Positions 11,596-25,734 of a stretch of 64,000 nt of DNA are shown piece by piece; positions within the stretch are counted from its first letter, which is position 1, and each line of letters opens with the position of its first letter. The notes below the pieces were generated by a model, which saw only the letters and a program-made list of their open reading frames with translations, was not told the DNA's origin and did no database searches. Origin of the DNA: Octopus sinensis (Eukaryota). A program made the position numbers and the translations under genes. The stretch is from the NCBI RefSeq assembly GCF_006345805.1, contig NC_043006.1, positions 31,558,001 through 31,622,000 on the forward strand, in the 5' to 3' direction.

Positions 11596-12211
11596 TATGT
11601 GCATGAACATGACAGCATGAATACATAGTTGCAAACTATCATGCACGCATATGGGTATATTCATAGAATCGTCCAAACACACACGCACACACACACATAC
11701 ACACACAATACTTATATTGAAGTTCTTTTACTGTTACATGCTTTGTGACTGAAACTGGACAAAGAGAAACTGTACGGAAGCCTGTCCGATAGATTGTATC
11801 TATAAATGCAAAGTTCCATTTTTATCACGTACTCTATCTGAAATTACGTTAAGAGCACAGATAACTTTGGAATACCCAGCCATATTAAACGCTAAATCAA
11901 TGAGAAGGTAGCTAGTTGATTAAACAACTGAAAACTCATCCTCAGAGTTTCTGACGGAGATCACTTTCATATTTAGTGTATGTATCTTAGTGGTTGAGTG
12001 TACTTGTGGTGTAAAGTCATCGTTGAAGGCATTTGAAGGAAGGGGAGACAACTGGAAAGGATGGTGCGAACATTTTGAAAACTTTCACCTTGTATAATAG
12101 GTGAGTTTCACAAAAACGTAGAATTTATGAAGTGTTAATTGCTGATGAGGGGCAGTGTGTTTCGTTTTGTGACCGTCATCTACTACCAAGTATATTAAAA
12201 GTGTATAAGTC

Positions 12212-12254
<43 letters not shown>

Positions 12255-12263
12255 TATATATAA

Positions 12264-12750
<487 letters not shown>

Positions 12751-12936
12751 ATTAGAGATAAAACCACTATTAGGCAAATCAAACAATGAAAAACTTAAGC
12801 CAATACATAAAATTAATTATTAATATTATTTTAAATATATATCAAAAGTATTAAAAGTTTAATAAAAGATAATGAGTATATATATATATATAATATATAT
12901 ATATAATATAATATATATATATATAATATATATATA

Positions 12937-12981
<45 letters not shown>

Positions 12982-13608
12982 AAAAAATACGTACAGAGAA
13001 AATTGTCCTTAAAAATTCGACAATTGTTTCAATTGCATTACCATATATATGTTTTTAAATATATATATATACACAAATACATACATACATACACACACAG
13101 ACACAGACACACACATACATATAATATAATTAAAATAAATATTAATATTCTCGAAAAAATGTTTATACGATGCTATCAAGCCTATCCAAAATTATATATA
13201 TATATGTACACACAAACATGTGTGCATGAACATTACATGTATGTATGTATGTATGTATGTATGTATGTATGTATGTATGTATGTATGTATGTATATGAGT
13301 GTATATATGTATGTGCGTGTGTGTCAGTGCCTTGTGCTTCGAAAGGCATATGTCGCTTCAACTTATATTATATGCATGTAATCTTTCATATCTCAGTTCT
13401 CTAAATTAAGAATTTGGAGAAAGAAATGGTTCGGACGCAAATCTTCTTCATTGGAATTTTGACATCACCAACAGCATAGAATGGCATGCTAAATTTTTGA
13501 TTATTCTTGCATATTTTCGCGTTTCCGCTTGCTGATTGCCTCTCCAGAATATATAGTAGATGATAATTCCTTTGTCTGAGAAATAACACTTTTAATTTCC
13601 TTTTGCAG

Positions 13609-13645
13609 AATTCCATAACATAACGAGACGCGCCAATGGTTTCAG
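13609..13645 (+). CDS. Candidate internal micro-exon of an unknown host gene
   Basis: Acceptor ttttaatttccttttgcag, donor cag|gtagaa. Only one frame is open (xFHNITRRANGF). No homology recognised. Confidence 0.22.
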
Positions 13646-13823
13646 GTAGAAAAGTAAATTTATATTATGTATAATATTTTCTAGAGGGTAAATAGATTGT
13701 AGCTGCTGGGTTTGTATTTGACAGAGGATTTAATAAGAATGGTCTCATTATTTTTGTGCTGAAATATGAATAGATACAAGAATACATATATACCATACCA
13801 TACACACACACATATACATACAC

Positions 13824-13919
<96 letters not shown>

Positions 13920-13996
13920 TATATATATAACATACATACATACATATACATATATACATATATACATATATACATATGTATGTATATATATGTAGC

Positions 13997-14426
13997 CTTT
14001 TATTCTTTTATTTGTTTCAGTCATTTGACTTCGCCCATGCTGGAGCACCGCCTTTAGTCGAAGAAATCGACCCCAGAACTTATTCGTTGTAAGCCTAGTA
14101 CTTATTCTATCGGTTTCCTTTGCCGAACTGCTAAGTTACGGGGACGTAAACACACCAGCATCGGTTGTCAAGCGATGGTGGTGGGGGGGGGGCTGACGCA
14201 CAAACGTATGAACACACACATATACATATATACATATATGTGTGTGTGTGTGTGTGTGCGTGAGTGTGTATACGACAAGTTACTTTCACTTTCCGTCTAT
14301 CATAAGGCTTTTGTAGGCCCGCGGCTATACTAGAAGACACCTGTCCAAGGTGCCACGCAGTCTGACTGAACCTGGAACCATATGGTTGGTAAGCATGCTA
14401 CTTACCATACAGTCACTCTTGCGCCT
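13997..14426 (-). mobile_element. tRNA-derived SINE family B, full length
   Basis: Minus head aggcgcaagagtgactgtatggtaag...ccaggttcagtc, central microsatellite, tail ggcggtgctccagcatgggcg...gactgaaacaaa. Confidence 0.9.
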
Positions 14427-14469
<43 letters not shown>

Positions 14470-14472
<3 letters not shown>

Positions 14473-14800
14473 ACGTGTTCTTCTGTGTCTCCTGTCCAAG
14501 CTTGATTTATGCGTTCACCTAGGCTTAGCAGCCCTTCCTGTTCGTTTTCACTGTCCTGTTTGTGTTACCAATTTTGACCCACTGCAAAATCTCAAATTTT
14601 AATTAATTTGCTTTGCAGGAACAACTGTTTTATCCAAAGCGTATATTGTTGTTAAATGCTCGAAATACGAATGTAGAGAAACAGCCAACAAATGATAAAG
14701 GGTCGTTCTTTGTGTTATTCGTCTTGTTCCCCATTTGTGTCTTTCGTTGTTCGAAAAAATAGTTTATATTCCATGTACTCGTACTCGTGTGTGTTGTGTT
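14470..14800 (+). mobile_element. PLE-like tail repeat, family P2
   Basis: Shares actgtcctgtt and tcgttgttcgaaaaaa with the inverted copy at 15340-15760. Confidence 0.5.
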
Positions 14801-14990
14801 CCATTACTTGTTAAATGAAAAAAATTATAAACAAACGAGATAACGTATATTGAATGTAAGTAGGAACGGGAGACAAAGTGAAGGTCCGTCATTCTTCATC
14901 AGTTATCGACCCATGGTAGTGTTCAGTTTCGCACCTTTAACGGTAAGATTCAGTGCTTCGCAATTGGCAATGCCCGCAAAATAGTATTAT
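14800..14990 (-). mobile_element. PLE-like tail repeat, family P3
   Basis: Minus ggtgcgaaactg...gataactgatgaaga...ccttc resembles plus 15225-15280 ggcacgaaattg...gataactgatgagga...ccttc. Confidence 0.45.
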
Positions 14991-15005
14991 ATGTATACAC
15001 ACACA

Positions 15006-15063
<58 letters not shown>

Positions 15064-15099
15064 ACACACACACATATATAACTTTTATCCATTTCCGTA

Positions 15100-15290
15100 T
15101 ATCCATTTCCGTATTGCTTGTTTATTCATTTACTGTTTGTCTGTCTCATTTTGTTATGTTCTGGTCCTATTCCCCGGCAAGTTCCTTGCCGGTGCCTCCA
15201 GAGTGGAAGCAATATTATCGATGATGGCACGAAATTGCAATTTCCCCTCTGGCCGATAACTGATGAGGAGTGGGTGTCCTTCTGTGTACA
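15100..15290 (+). mobile_element. PLE-like tail repeat, family P3
   Basis: Counterpart of the 14800-14990 copy; contains a CTGATGA core. Confidence 0.45.
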
Positions 15291-15339
15291 TATGTATACA
15301 TACATATATATGTATATATACATGCATATATGGGCACAG

Positions 15340-15760
15340 GACGTCAAAAAACGAGAACATAAAAAACAAAAAACATAGTAAACGAACTTTTTTCGAACAA
15401 CGAATGAAACAAACAGAGAAACGAGACAGGCAACATAACGAACATTCCCTTCATCAGTTGTCGCCTGTTTTAGCTACTCCGCGTTCGAATGTAGGGACAA
15501 GACGCGACTTCGTTAAAATAGTCCTTCCCGCAAAACAAATTTAGTAAAATTTGGGATTGTTTGTGGAGGGTTAAAGTGGCAACAAAAACAGGACAGTAAA
15601 AACAAAACTGTGAAAATAAACGGTGAGGGCTGTTAAGCCATAACCAGGTGAAGTGGTGAACGCTGGAAAACCGAGCTTAGAGAAGAGACAGGAAAAATCA
15701 ACTGTTGGGTTAGAGGTTAAAATTACCGTTTAAGGGATAAAAGTATGCAAAATACTACCG
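15340..15760 (-). mobile_element. PLE-like tail repeat, family P2
   Basis: Minus caactgatgaaggg core and T-rich tail; homologous to 14470-14800. Confidence 0.5.
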
Positions 15761-15810
15761 ATATATTACCTATATTTAAACATGGGCAAAAATGTTATAG
15801 GTAAGGACAA

Positions 15811-15882
15811 GGAATCCAGTCTGCGAATCGTAACCATGATTTTGCGATTGTGAGAGAAACATCCTAATCACTAGGCCACGCG
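15811..15882 (-). mobile_element. SINE tRNA head only (family C type)
   Basis: Minus cgcgtggcctagtgattagg...ctcacaatcgcaaaatcatggttacgattc resembles the family C head. Confidence 0.55.
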
Positions 15883-16420
15883 TTTCTACTCACAAATATG
15901 CATGTTTGCATATGTATATATGTTTGTGTGAGTATGTATGTAGGTGTGTGTGCGTGTATTCATACGTACATAAATATATGCGTACATATATGCATAGACA
16001 TAAATACATATGTATAAAAGAATATACATATGTGTGTATGTGTGTGTGAGTGTGTGCGTGTGTGTGTGTGTACATGCATGCATACAATTATACATACATA
16101 CATACATTCATGCATGCATACATACATACACACACACACATACATACATGCGTGGCAAAGTTTGTGGTTGAAAATATACGTGCGTTTATGAATGTGATAT
16201 CTTGACGAAAAGAGAGAAGGCTGCTATAATCCACAGAAATGCTATCTATATAGCATCTTTAGTCACTTCTTGTAGATATAAGTTCTTTGGCCATATCTTT
16301 AGCCCTCTCTCTCCCCCTCCTCTCCTCTCTCCTCCCTTCTTTGCATTTAGATTGCGAAAGTATTTGTGAGAGACCGGCGTGAATATCTTTTCTACACCCA
16401 ATAAGTTTGTGGGCAAAGAC

Positions 16421-16630
16421 GGTGAGCTGGCAGAAACATAAGCTCGCCGGGCGAAATGCTTAGCCGTATTTTGTCTGCCGCTATGTTCTGAGTTCAAATT
16501 CCGCCGAGGTCGACTTTGCTTTTCATCCTTTCGGAGTCGATTAAATAAGTACCAGTTAATCGACTTAATCCGTTTGTCTGTCCTTGTTTGTCCTCTCTGT
16601 GTTTAGCCCCTTGTGAGTAGTAAAGAAATA
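16421..16630 (+). mobile_element. SINE family A, full length
   Basis: ggtgagctggcagaa...gagttcaaattccgccgaggtcgac...gccccttgtg...taaagaaata. Confidence 0.9.
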
Positions 16631-16800
16631 GTTATTTCGTCTGTCTTTACGTTCTGAGTTCAAATTCCGCCGAGTTTGACTTTGCCTTTCATCCTCTTGG
16701 GGTCGATGAATTAAGTATCAGTTGCATACTGAGGTCGATCTAATCGACTGGCCCCTCCCAAAAAATTTCGGGCCTTGTGCCTAGAGTAGAAACGAATGAA
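16631..16800 (+). mobile_element. SINE family A, 5'-truncated, alternative tail, directly behind the previous copy
   Basis: Second gagttcaaattccgccgag core; tail ggcccctccc...ggccttgtgcctagagtagaaa. Confidence 0.85.
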
Positions 16801-17794
16801 TTTGTGGGCAAGAGAGGAACGAAACCAGGAGACCCATTACATCTCACCAGCAAGTGAGCACCCGTTCTTACCATCGACATATTGCCATTTAATCCACTAT
16901 TAGAAGGGCTTAAATAAATTGGTTTTGCAGCTTCGCATGATAAAACATATTCTTGGCAGTTAGTTCGATTCATATATTGTTTGTTCATTTAATAAATTCT
17001 GTCCACGAAGTTGTCATTCTCTTTCTGATACAGTGTATCTAAGATTACATTTGTCATTGTAACCTTTTTTTCTGATGATGCTAGGTGTGATTTGAGTTAA
17101 ATTCTTCGAACTCTTTATGATCTGACTCCAAAACCTATTGGGATCAACTTTACACTTAATCTTTCGAGATCGATAAAACAAAACCAGTCAAGTGCCGGGG
17201 TTAATATAATCGACAAACACCCACTAAATGTACAGGCCTTGAACCAAAAGTTAAAACGGGGATTTGAATGAAATTTATCTGTTGTTTCTAGCAGGTGAGA
17301 TGATCACATAAGGGCCCCTGGGTGTGGTAGAAATTATTATTTATAAGATGGCAACATTCTGTAACAGCAGTAATAGCTTTATATACAGAATTGTTCTCAT
17401 TAAAAAAAATTCCCACTGAGCATGGAAGCAACACTGCGGTGATCCTCTGCTAATAAAACGGCTTCCGGTTTCCCCTTGACTACCCAATGTTATCTAAACG
17501 GTGACCCATTATTGCTGTATATAACAAACAGAGCCTTGTGGTAAGCGCTAATAGTTTAATGCGTAATTGAAGGATTCCAGTTGAAGAGTTCTAAGACGTC
17601 AGAAGCAACTAATTAAAAGTCGGACATCGCTATTTTTTTCATTCATCAAACGGAAGTAGTGCAGAGGGAGTGAAATTGGCAGAAAGTGGCGGGATGGGAA
17701 GACAAAATAGGTATAGAAAGAATAATATAAAATATGTATAGAAAAAAAATAATATATGATATGTATATAACAAATAATCTATAAGCTCGTTTTA

Positions 17795-18005
17795 GGCGAC
17801 GAGATGGCAGAACGGTGAGCACGATGTAATAAAGGCTTATCCGCGTTCCGTCCGTCTCCACGTTCTGAGTTCGAATTCTTCTCAGGTCGACTTTGCCCTT
17901 CATCATTTTGGGGTTCGATAAAAATAGATACCGGAGGAGCACAGGAGTCGGTACCTTCAACTTGCTCACTGCCCCTGGCCTGCTACCAAATTTTGAAACC
18001 ACAAT
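17795..18005 (+). mobile_element. SINE family A, diverged
   Basis: ggcgacgagatggcagaa...gagttcgaattc...aggtcgactttgcc. Confidence 0.75.
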
Positions 18006-18048
18006 GTAAATCAATTCTGGATATTGTTGGGGTTTTTTTGTTTTCTTT

Positions 18049-18202
18049 TTATTCTTTTTATTCTTTCAGTCATTTGACTGCGGCCATGCTGGAACATAGG
18101 TTTTGGTCGAACAGCTAGACCTCAGGACTTATTTTTCAAGTCTAGTATTTATTTTAACGGTCTTTTTTGCAAGCTTCTTACCACACAGCCACGCAAGCGC
18201 CT
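18049..18202 (-). mobile_element. SINE family B, internally deleted (5' tip fused to 3' tail)
   Basis: The tail gtcatttgactgcggccatgctgg is joined directly to cttaccacacagccacgcaagcgcct. Confidence 0.75.
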
Positions 18203-18512
18203 AATGTATACTTATTAATAGCATAAAATATTTGCCTGTAAAGATTAAACAAAGTACTGCACCAACGCTTTTTTTTTATCAGCCTTTACGCAAAGTGAAA
18301 ACTGTGAAACTAGTTTCTAATCCGGGAAATTCATTTGCCGTTTTTTTCCATGTGTAATGGGATGCATATGTAATTATAGCTTGCCATGTTATTGATGAAC
18401 GCAAACCAAGTGAGATAACTTTGAAAATATCGATTGATATAAAGGATTTCAATTAACTAGATAATGGAGAATTGAGTAGATTTTGTTTTTAACACCAACT
18501 GATGAAAGTAAG

Positions 18513-18543
18513 GAGCATGTTTCGGTCTTACAGACCTCATCTG
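18513..18543 (-). ncRNA. Degenerate hammerhead-like core (PLE-type)
   Basis: Minus CAGAUGA-GGUC-uguaa-GACC-GAAA-CAUG-C: perfect 4-bp stem II, but U4>A and U16.1>C; probably inactive. Confidence 0.4.
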
Positions 18544-19028
18544 AAAAGTATTTCTCTTCAATTAGCATGACTAAGATTGATAAACAATACATAAGAACAG
18601 AGAGAATGTTGTGTTGCTAATTATGAATGACAATGATGAAGCTAAGGGGATGCTTTCCACACTAAATACACATGGAACAGAATCTCAGATAAATATTATT
18701 AAGAGTTGAAAAACTTCATTCAGCTGAGATTATCCAAGCAATCTGCAAGTGATTGACAATCTCTCTCAGTAGAATTGTTTTTAAAAAAGGGGCACTCATA
18801 ATCCATCTTGAGAGAAACTAGAAGTTTACAATTATTTATATTATTTATAGTGTAAACAATCTCAAGCACCACAAAACTGGTCTGTCTAATTTGCATAACA
18901 TTGCATGCGTTAACTAGCGTTAATTATGCATTAACTAGCGTATTTTTAAAAATAATTAAATAGCGTTTATATTTTTGAATAATTTTAAAAGTAATTTAAT
19001 GAGCACATTTTCATAAAATTAGTTTTAG

Positions 19029-19168
19029 CATTACTTTGCAAAATAAGCAAAGGGAACTAACTTCTGCATGGACAGAAGATGCGAGTTCTTTTATTGATGG
19101 CTGTCTAATTAAATTAGAAAAACTTCATTCCGAAGTCACAGTTTCTAATCTCAACGAGACGCACCATA
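19029..19168 (+). CDS. Candidate internal exon of an unknown host gene
   Basis: gttttag| ... cata|gtatgt. Open frame ITLQNKQRELTSAWTEDASSFIDGCLIKLEKLHSEVTVSNLNETHH is phase-compatible with the 13609 candidate. No homology recognised. Confidence 0.27.
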
Positions 19169-19456
19169 GTATGTAACAATTTTATTTATCGTTTCACAAT
19201 ATGGCCAAACTTGTATTATCAAAAAAAGAATATATCTTCAATTACATTTCGAACTATGCATGTTTCTATGTCAAAGCATATATTTATTGAAGATGAGAAA
19301 ATAATTCAGAATTATTAGTTGCTGCAGTTTTCTGCGTTGAATCTTCAGAATTGTATGATGGAACATTTAAAAAATACTGAGTGACCGTGAGGAGGCAACA
19401 AATCATTGTAGAGAAATATGGAGGGGAGGAGTGAATAAAGGTTTTTGGTTGTTAAT

Positions 19457-19574
19457 GGTGTAGCAGATAGATATATTTTTCAATTTCTAAGATTTTCTCC
19501 CAAGCAAGGACTGAGGGTGTAGCAGATAGATATATTTTTCAATTTCTAAGATTTTCTCCCAAGCAAGGACTGAG
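19457..19574. repeat. Perfect 59-bp tandem duplication
   Basis: ggtgtagcagatagatatatttttcaatttctaagattttctcccaagcaaggactgag occurs twice. Confidence 0.95.
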
Positions 19575-20080
19575 GCCATAGTAGCGTAAGGGACAACAAA
19601 GAAAGAAAAGAAGGAGGCTATACATCCAAAAGATGTGTTCCTAACAATGTTAAAGATATTCTTTCGCTAGATAAGATACTTGGTTATAACGAGGCCCAAC
19701 ATTTGAAATGATTATAAGGACTTTAGTTGTGTACTTCTCATGTTTAAGAAAGCGGCACGTTGAGAATACGACGTGGTACGATGAAAAATATGGCACGATG
19801 AAGAATGTGGTACAATGAAAAATGTGGTACGATGATGCTTTCTTTATATGATTAGCAAAACGTTTCATTGTTGTTGCAACAGACGTGACTAGCGTACCCT
19901 TGTTGCAAAATGCTTTTGTGATCTCTCATCCTGAAATCGGTGCGGAGTGGGTGTATTTTGTCCAGGTTTCATGTGAAGGATACATGTTTGGGAAAGGTTA
20001 GAAATCGTTGAATGGTTGATCCCTTACATAAAAATGTGAGTTTTTGGAATGTAATGGTAAGTTTGTCGTTGATGTATATA

Positions 20081-20130
<50 letters not shown>

Positions 20131-20348
20131 GGATAAACCGAACTCTGGGTTACGGTGGAGTTGGAAAAATGAGATGGAATCTCCTTCATTGCTAACAGTG
20201 AGAGTTGGTTTCATACGAAGCTACCGATTCACGAGATGGAACCCGTAGGCAAAGAGTTTCTATGAAAATTTACATGGGAAAACTGTCAAAAGCTACACTG
20301 AAGACGAGGGTGATAATGTGGATTTCACCGAATATTTACAAGTTGAGA

Positions 20349-20585
20349 TACATACATACATACATACATACATAAAGACATGCATACATACATACATACG
20401 TACGTACGTACATACATACATACATACATACATACAAACATACATATATATATACATGAAGGCATGCATACATACATACATACATACATACATGCATACA
20501 TACATACATACATACATACATACATACATACATACATACATACATACATACATCCATACATATATACATACATACATGCATACAT
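20349..20585. repeat. (TACA)n microsatellite
   Basis: Directly visible. Confidence 0.95.
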
Positions 20586-20589
20586 AGTA

Positions 20590-20760
20590 TGAGAGTAACC
20601 GGCCGAAACTGCAAAAACGATCTGGTACTCGACTGAAGATTGAAAGCTCCGAATGACACGTCCGTGTTTTTTCCTGTCCTTTTTCGTGCCGTCTAACTGC
20701 CCGAATGTTTTGTTGTTGCCGGTCACGTTCTTGTTCCATTTTTTGCTTTGTTTTTTATAC
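20590..20760 (+). mobile_element. PLE tail family P1, partial
   Basis: ggccgaaactgc...gactgaagattgaaagctccgaatgacacgtcc. Confidence 0.6.
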
Positions 20761-20855
20761 ATACATACATATGTACATATTGCATAAGTGATTAGAAAAT
20801 AAGGAGCTCTGGCTGCATGAAAACTGTACTGAAGATCGTTTAAGGAGAAAAAAGT

Positions 20856-20903
<48 letters not shown>

Positions 20904-21338
20904 GAGAGAGTGGTGGAGTGAGATTCATGGTGTTGGATGATATTGCAAATGGTTGTCTCCATTAACTTAGAAATATTAGAATTGAGTGAAATAATTCCAG
21001 GGCAGAAAGGGTGTTTTGCTTTTGAATGGGACACGTTGTAGCGTATTTCTAAATATCCAGTCGAGAGAGAGGGGGAGGGAGAGAGGGCAAAGAGGGAAAG
21101 AGGGAGAGAGGGTGATAGAGAGACATTGAAAAGTTTGTAGAGCATGAGTGTTTGTGTGTATAGGTGTTTGCATGTTTGATTGCTTGTGTATATATGTGTA
21201 TATGGTATGTATGTACGTACGTACGTATGCATACATGTATCTATGTATGTATGTATGCTTGTACGTATATATGCATGTACGTATGTATGTATGCATGCAT
21301 GCATGCATGCATATATATATGATTGTATGTCTGTATAT

Positions 21339-21421
<83 letters not shown>

Positions 21422-21423
21422 TC

Positions 21424-21456
<33 letters not shown>

Positions 21457-21534
21457 TATATAATATATACTTTATTGTATTATAAATATATTATACTATT
21501 ATATATTATATATGCATATATATATATATATATC

Positions 21535-21573
<39 letters not shown>

Positions 21574-21590
21574 ATATGTAATATATGTAT

Positions 21591-21645
<55 letters not shown>

Positions 21646-21675
21646 CTTTATTGTATTATAAATATATTATACTAT

Positions 21676-21729
<54 letters not shown>

Positions 21730-22940
21730 CAGAGAGAGAGAGAGATTGCGGTTAAAGTGTTAGGTGAGTATATATGTGTGTGTTGTGAGTGCGCGCGCGT
21801 GTGTGTGTGTATGTTCTGAGCACAGTTTGTATACATGTGTTCCTGAAACCAAAGAACAAAAAAATATGAAAAAAAGCGGAAGAACAGAAATACAGAAAAC
21901 TCTCCAACTAGGAGCAGTCTATTTTTACTGCAGGGGTGAGAGAAATGAATTTAACTGGGCACTAGCACCAGCATAGCTACAGCTCAGACCACACCTGCTG
22001 CTCATAGCGACACCTGGTGGAGTCATCAGCCATAGGAAATTAATATTTCAGAAAGCAACATCAAAAGCAGACCCCTACTTCTATGTTTTGCTAATAGTGG
22101 TGATGGCGCTGTGTGTGTTGTGATATATGTGTGTGTGTGTATTTATATATGTATATGTGTATATATGTATGCATAGATGTGTATGTGTATCGCGTGTATA
22201 TGTATTTACGTATGCATGTAAGAACGTTTATGTGAGTGTATACATATACACATAAAATCCTTGTGTGTATGTTTGCATGACTGTATGTATTTATGTAGAA
22301 TGTTAGAATGCGGTAATCAAAATTAGAAATCAACACTTAAAGTTTCCGTGCACCCTCCCTTGTCTGTCCGACCGAAATCCTCAAAAGGCCGAAGATTTTA
22401 AACGGAATCCAACGCCTTAGGCCAGTCACGCGATCCATAATAACAAGTCCAATTTCGTCTTAGAATCTTCACGAGATTCGATGGCCGAATATAACCGTAT
22501 TCTGGAAATGAGTCACTTTTCTTTATTCTGTTACTGCGTTCATTTATTACATTACAGCCATTTTGGGGCACAGCCTTCAAAGTCTATTAATCCCTGTTTA
22601 TCGAATGGCTAAGACGCTATTTTAACACAAACGAACACAAACAGACATCAGACTTCAATGGTGAACAAATACATTATTTCCAACTAGATGTCACTCATAT
22701 GCCGTCACCCAATAGCTGGCTTCTGCAGAAAATACCTCCTGGAGATAGAATGAGGAGATCGCACTCGGGAAGTCGAGTTTTAAAAGATAACTTATTGACT
22801 ATTCGACTGTACCAGCGGTTCTTTACTTTTTTTAATTTTTTCTTGCTTCTTTTTTTTTCTTCGAGTAAGGGCTGGGTGGAAAATTATTTGAAGCTTTTCA
22901 GTGAAACAAAGGTTACAATACCCATTTATAACACTTGATA

Positions 22941-23349
22941 CTCTCTTACTCTTTTACTTGTTTCAGTCATATGACTGCGGCCATGCTGGAGCACCGCCTT
23001 TAATCGAGTAACTCGACCCCGAGACTTATTCTTTTGTAAGCCCAGTACTTATTCTATCGGTCTCTTTTACCGAACCGCTAAGTGACGGGGACGTAAACAC
23101 ACCAGCATCGGTTGTCAAGCAATGATAGGGGGACAAACACAGACACACAAACATACACATATACACATATATATATATATATATACATATATACGACAGG
23201 CTTCTTTCAGTTTCCGTCTACCAAATCCACTCACACGGCATTGGTCGGCCCGGGGCTATAGCAGAAGACACTTGCCCAAGACGCCACGCAGTGGGACTGA
23301 ACCCGGAACCATGTGGTTGGTAAGCAAGCTACTTACCACACAGCCACTC
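22941..23349 (-). mobile_element. SINE family B, full length, close to consensus
   Basis: All modules present: head gtggctgtgtggtaagtagc...ccgggttcagtccc, central microsatellite and tail. Confidence 0.92.
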
Positions 23350-23485
23350 TATATAATTTCTATATTATGTTTGTGTGTTTATTTCTTCATCTCCTAAGCT
23401 TTAAATATATCTTGAAAGGGCTGTACAGTTTTCTAACCGAGGAACCCGTTTTTAAATGATGTTATATGTACCTGGTCAGTGTAAA

Positions 23486-23700
23486 GCGACGAGCAGGTAG
23501 AATCGTTAACACCCACCCCCGGATAAATGCTTAACGTCATTTCTTCAATTTTTGCAATCTAAGTTCAAATTCCGCCCAAGTCGACTTTACCTTTTATCCT
23601 TTCGGAGTCGATAAGATCAGAACCAGTTAAGCACTGATGTTAGATGTACTCGATTAGGCCCCTTCCCCAAATTTCAGGCCTTGTGTCTATAGTAGAAAGG
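23486..23700 (+). mobile_element. SINE family A
   Basis: gcgacgagcaggtagaatcgtt...aagttcaaattccgcc...gtcgacttt...ggccttgtgtctatagtagaaagg. Confidence 0.8.
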
Positions 23701-23930
23701 GTATATCTGGTCAGTATTATCTTTTCTCTGATAACCCTTTGCACTTCCTACTCACAGCTGAAACTCAGCTTTACGTTAGATTCCTATGAATTTATAACCG
23801 TTTATGTAATATTCCATGAAAAGAGAGCTTTCCGCTTCACTAGTTATCATTTCAAACTACAATTATTCTTGAGAAACAGAATAAATGGTGAAAAAATAAA
23901 AATATTAAGAAACAAAACAACACTTGCAAT

Positions 23931-23981
<51 letters not shown>

Positions 23982-23991
23982 CAAAACCAGC

Positions 23992-24305
23992 AGCACTCTG
24001 TCGGTTACGAAGGTCATGGTTTCAGTTGCTTTGATCTACAGAACAGGCTGCTCGTGAAATTAAAGTGCAAGTGGTTGAGCACTCCATAGACTCGCGTACC
24101 CTTCACGTAGTTCTCGTGGAGATTCAGTGCGACACAGAGTGTGACAAAGCTGGCCCTTTGAGTTACAGGTACAACTCATTTTTGCCAGCTGAGTGAACTG
24201 GAACAACGTGAAACAAAGTGTCTTGCTCAAGGACATAACGCGAGGCCAGGAATCGAACTGACAACTTTACGATCGTGAGCCGGATACACTAACCACTAAG
24301 TCACA
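23992..24305 (-). mobile_element. SINE family C (body X plus tail T1)
   Basis: Minus head cttagtggttagtg...gttcgattcc, body gtccttgagcaagacacttt, tail ...gtaaccgacagagtgctg. Confidence 0.85.
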
Positions 24306-24784
24306 CTACTACTGCTGCTTCTACAGCTGTATGCGTTTGCCAATACAATAATTCCTTACATGGTAGAAAGCTAACGTTTTCAAAAGGAATGTGCCTTAAG
24401 TCGATTGAATCGAGTCCTGTTCTTTTTGCGTGGTCTCAGTGGGGTTGGGACGCAAACCTGGTCTCTAGTAGGACTAAAACGTGGGCCGAAGGAAAAAGAA
24501 GGTAAACACTATCGAAGCTTCATTACATCAGCAGCTCTGTAGGTCTGTGTGACATATTGCTTACCAGGCGGTGGGATGTGGGGAGAGTGTAAGGGGCAAT
24601 TATGCTTATTAATATTAATCATTCATGATTGATAATAAAGACCAGTAATTAAACATTAAAGTTCCATAAATAAAGAAAGAAAAAAATTCGAAATTTAATT
24701 ATCAACCACTACTGAGCTGCTGGGTAACCTGTTGAGAGCTTCGTTAAACTGCTGGAGACAAGGGATTTATAAAAAAAAAGGATC

Positions 24785-24889
24785 GTCACCATCATCATCA
24801 TCATCATCATCATTACCATCATCATCATCACCACCACCATCATCACCATCATCATCATCATCATCATTACCATCATCATCATCACCACC

Positions 24890-24948
<59 letters not shown>

Positions 24949-25056
24949 CACCACCACCACCATCATCATCATCATCATTATCATCATCACCATCTTCATC
25001 ATCATCATCACCCCGCCACCATCATTATCAGTATCATCATCATTATCATCATCACC

Positions 25057-25112
<56 letters not shown>

Positions 25113-25119
25113 CACCACC

Positions 25120-25151
<32 letters not shown>

Positions 25152-25233
25152 TATCATCATCACCATTATCATCATCATCATCACCGCCGCCACCATCATT
25201 ATCAGCATCATCATCATTATCATCACCACCACC

Positions 25234-25267
<34 letters not shown>

Positions 25268-25358
25268 CCACCATCATCATCATCATCATCACCACCACCA
25301 CCATCATCATCATCATCATTATCAACATCATCATCATCAACATCATCATTATTATTAT
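24785..25358. repeat. (CAT)n/(CAC)n trinucleotide array
   Basis: Directly visible; source of the poly-S/H/M ORFs. It continues from the (TAA)n tail of the adjacent LINE. Confidence 0.97.
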
Positions 25359-25734
25359 GGTTTAGCTAAGATTCGGTCTTATATGGATAGCGGGTTTACC
25401 ACCTAGGTATTCACAAGTTTTCAGTAGTCTTTCAACCCTTCTGATAATCCTTACTCTCCCTAAGAGACAAACTTTCTGTAGGAGCTCTACCAGACATTCT
25501 AGTTCAATTTCCTTTAGTCACTTGTCTACATCTTTGCTTACTGTTCCCAACGCACCAATTATCATAGGCACGACCATTACTGTTCTCATGCTCCAAATTC
25601 TTCCCATTTCAATTTTTAAAGGATTGTATTCTTTTTTGTTTTTTGTCTTTTGTCAAACAGGCACTATTGGTCGATCAGTAAGTAACTTCGCGTTTCCTTA
25701 TCTATAATTGTTACGTAGCAGGTCTTGTTTGAAA

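Noticed and set aside
19457-19840. Direct repeats and a ~17-bp repeat (gtggtacgatgaaaaat, 19765-19835) as a CRISPR-like array
   Set aside because: Units are adjacent with no unique spacers, there are no cas genes, and the context is eukaryotic; these are minisatellites.
24709-25406. 224-aa poly-Ser/poly-His ORF and antisense poly-Met/Val ORFs
   Set aside because: A pure CAT/CAC trinucleotide array continuous with a LINE tail; not a His-rich protein gene.
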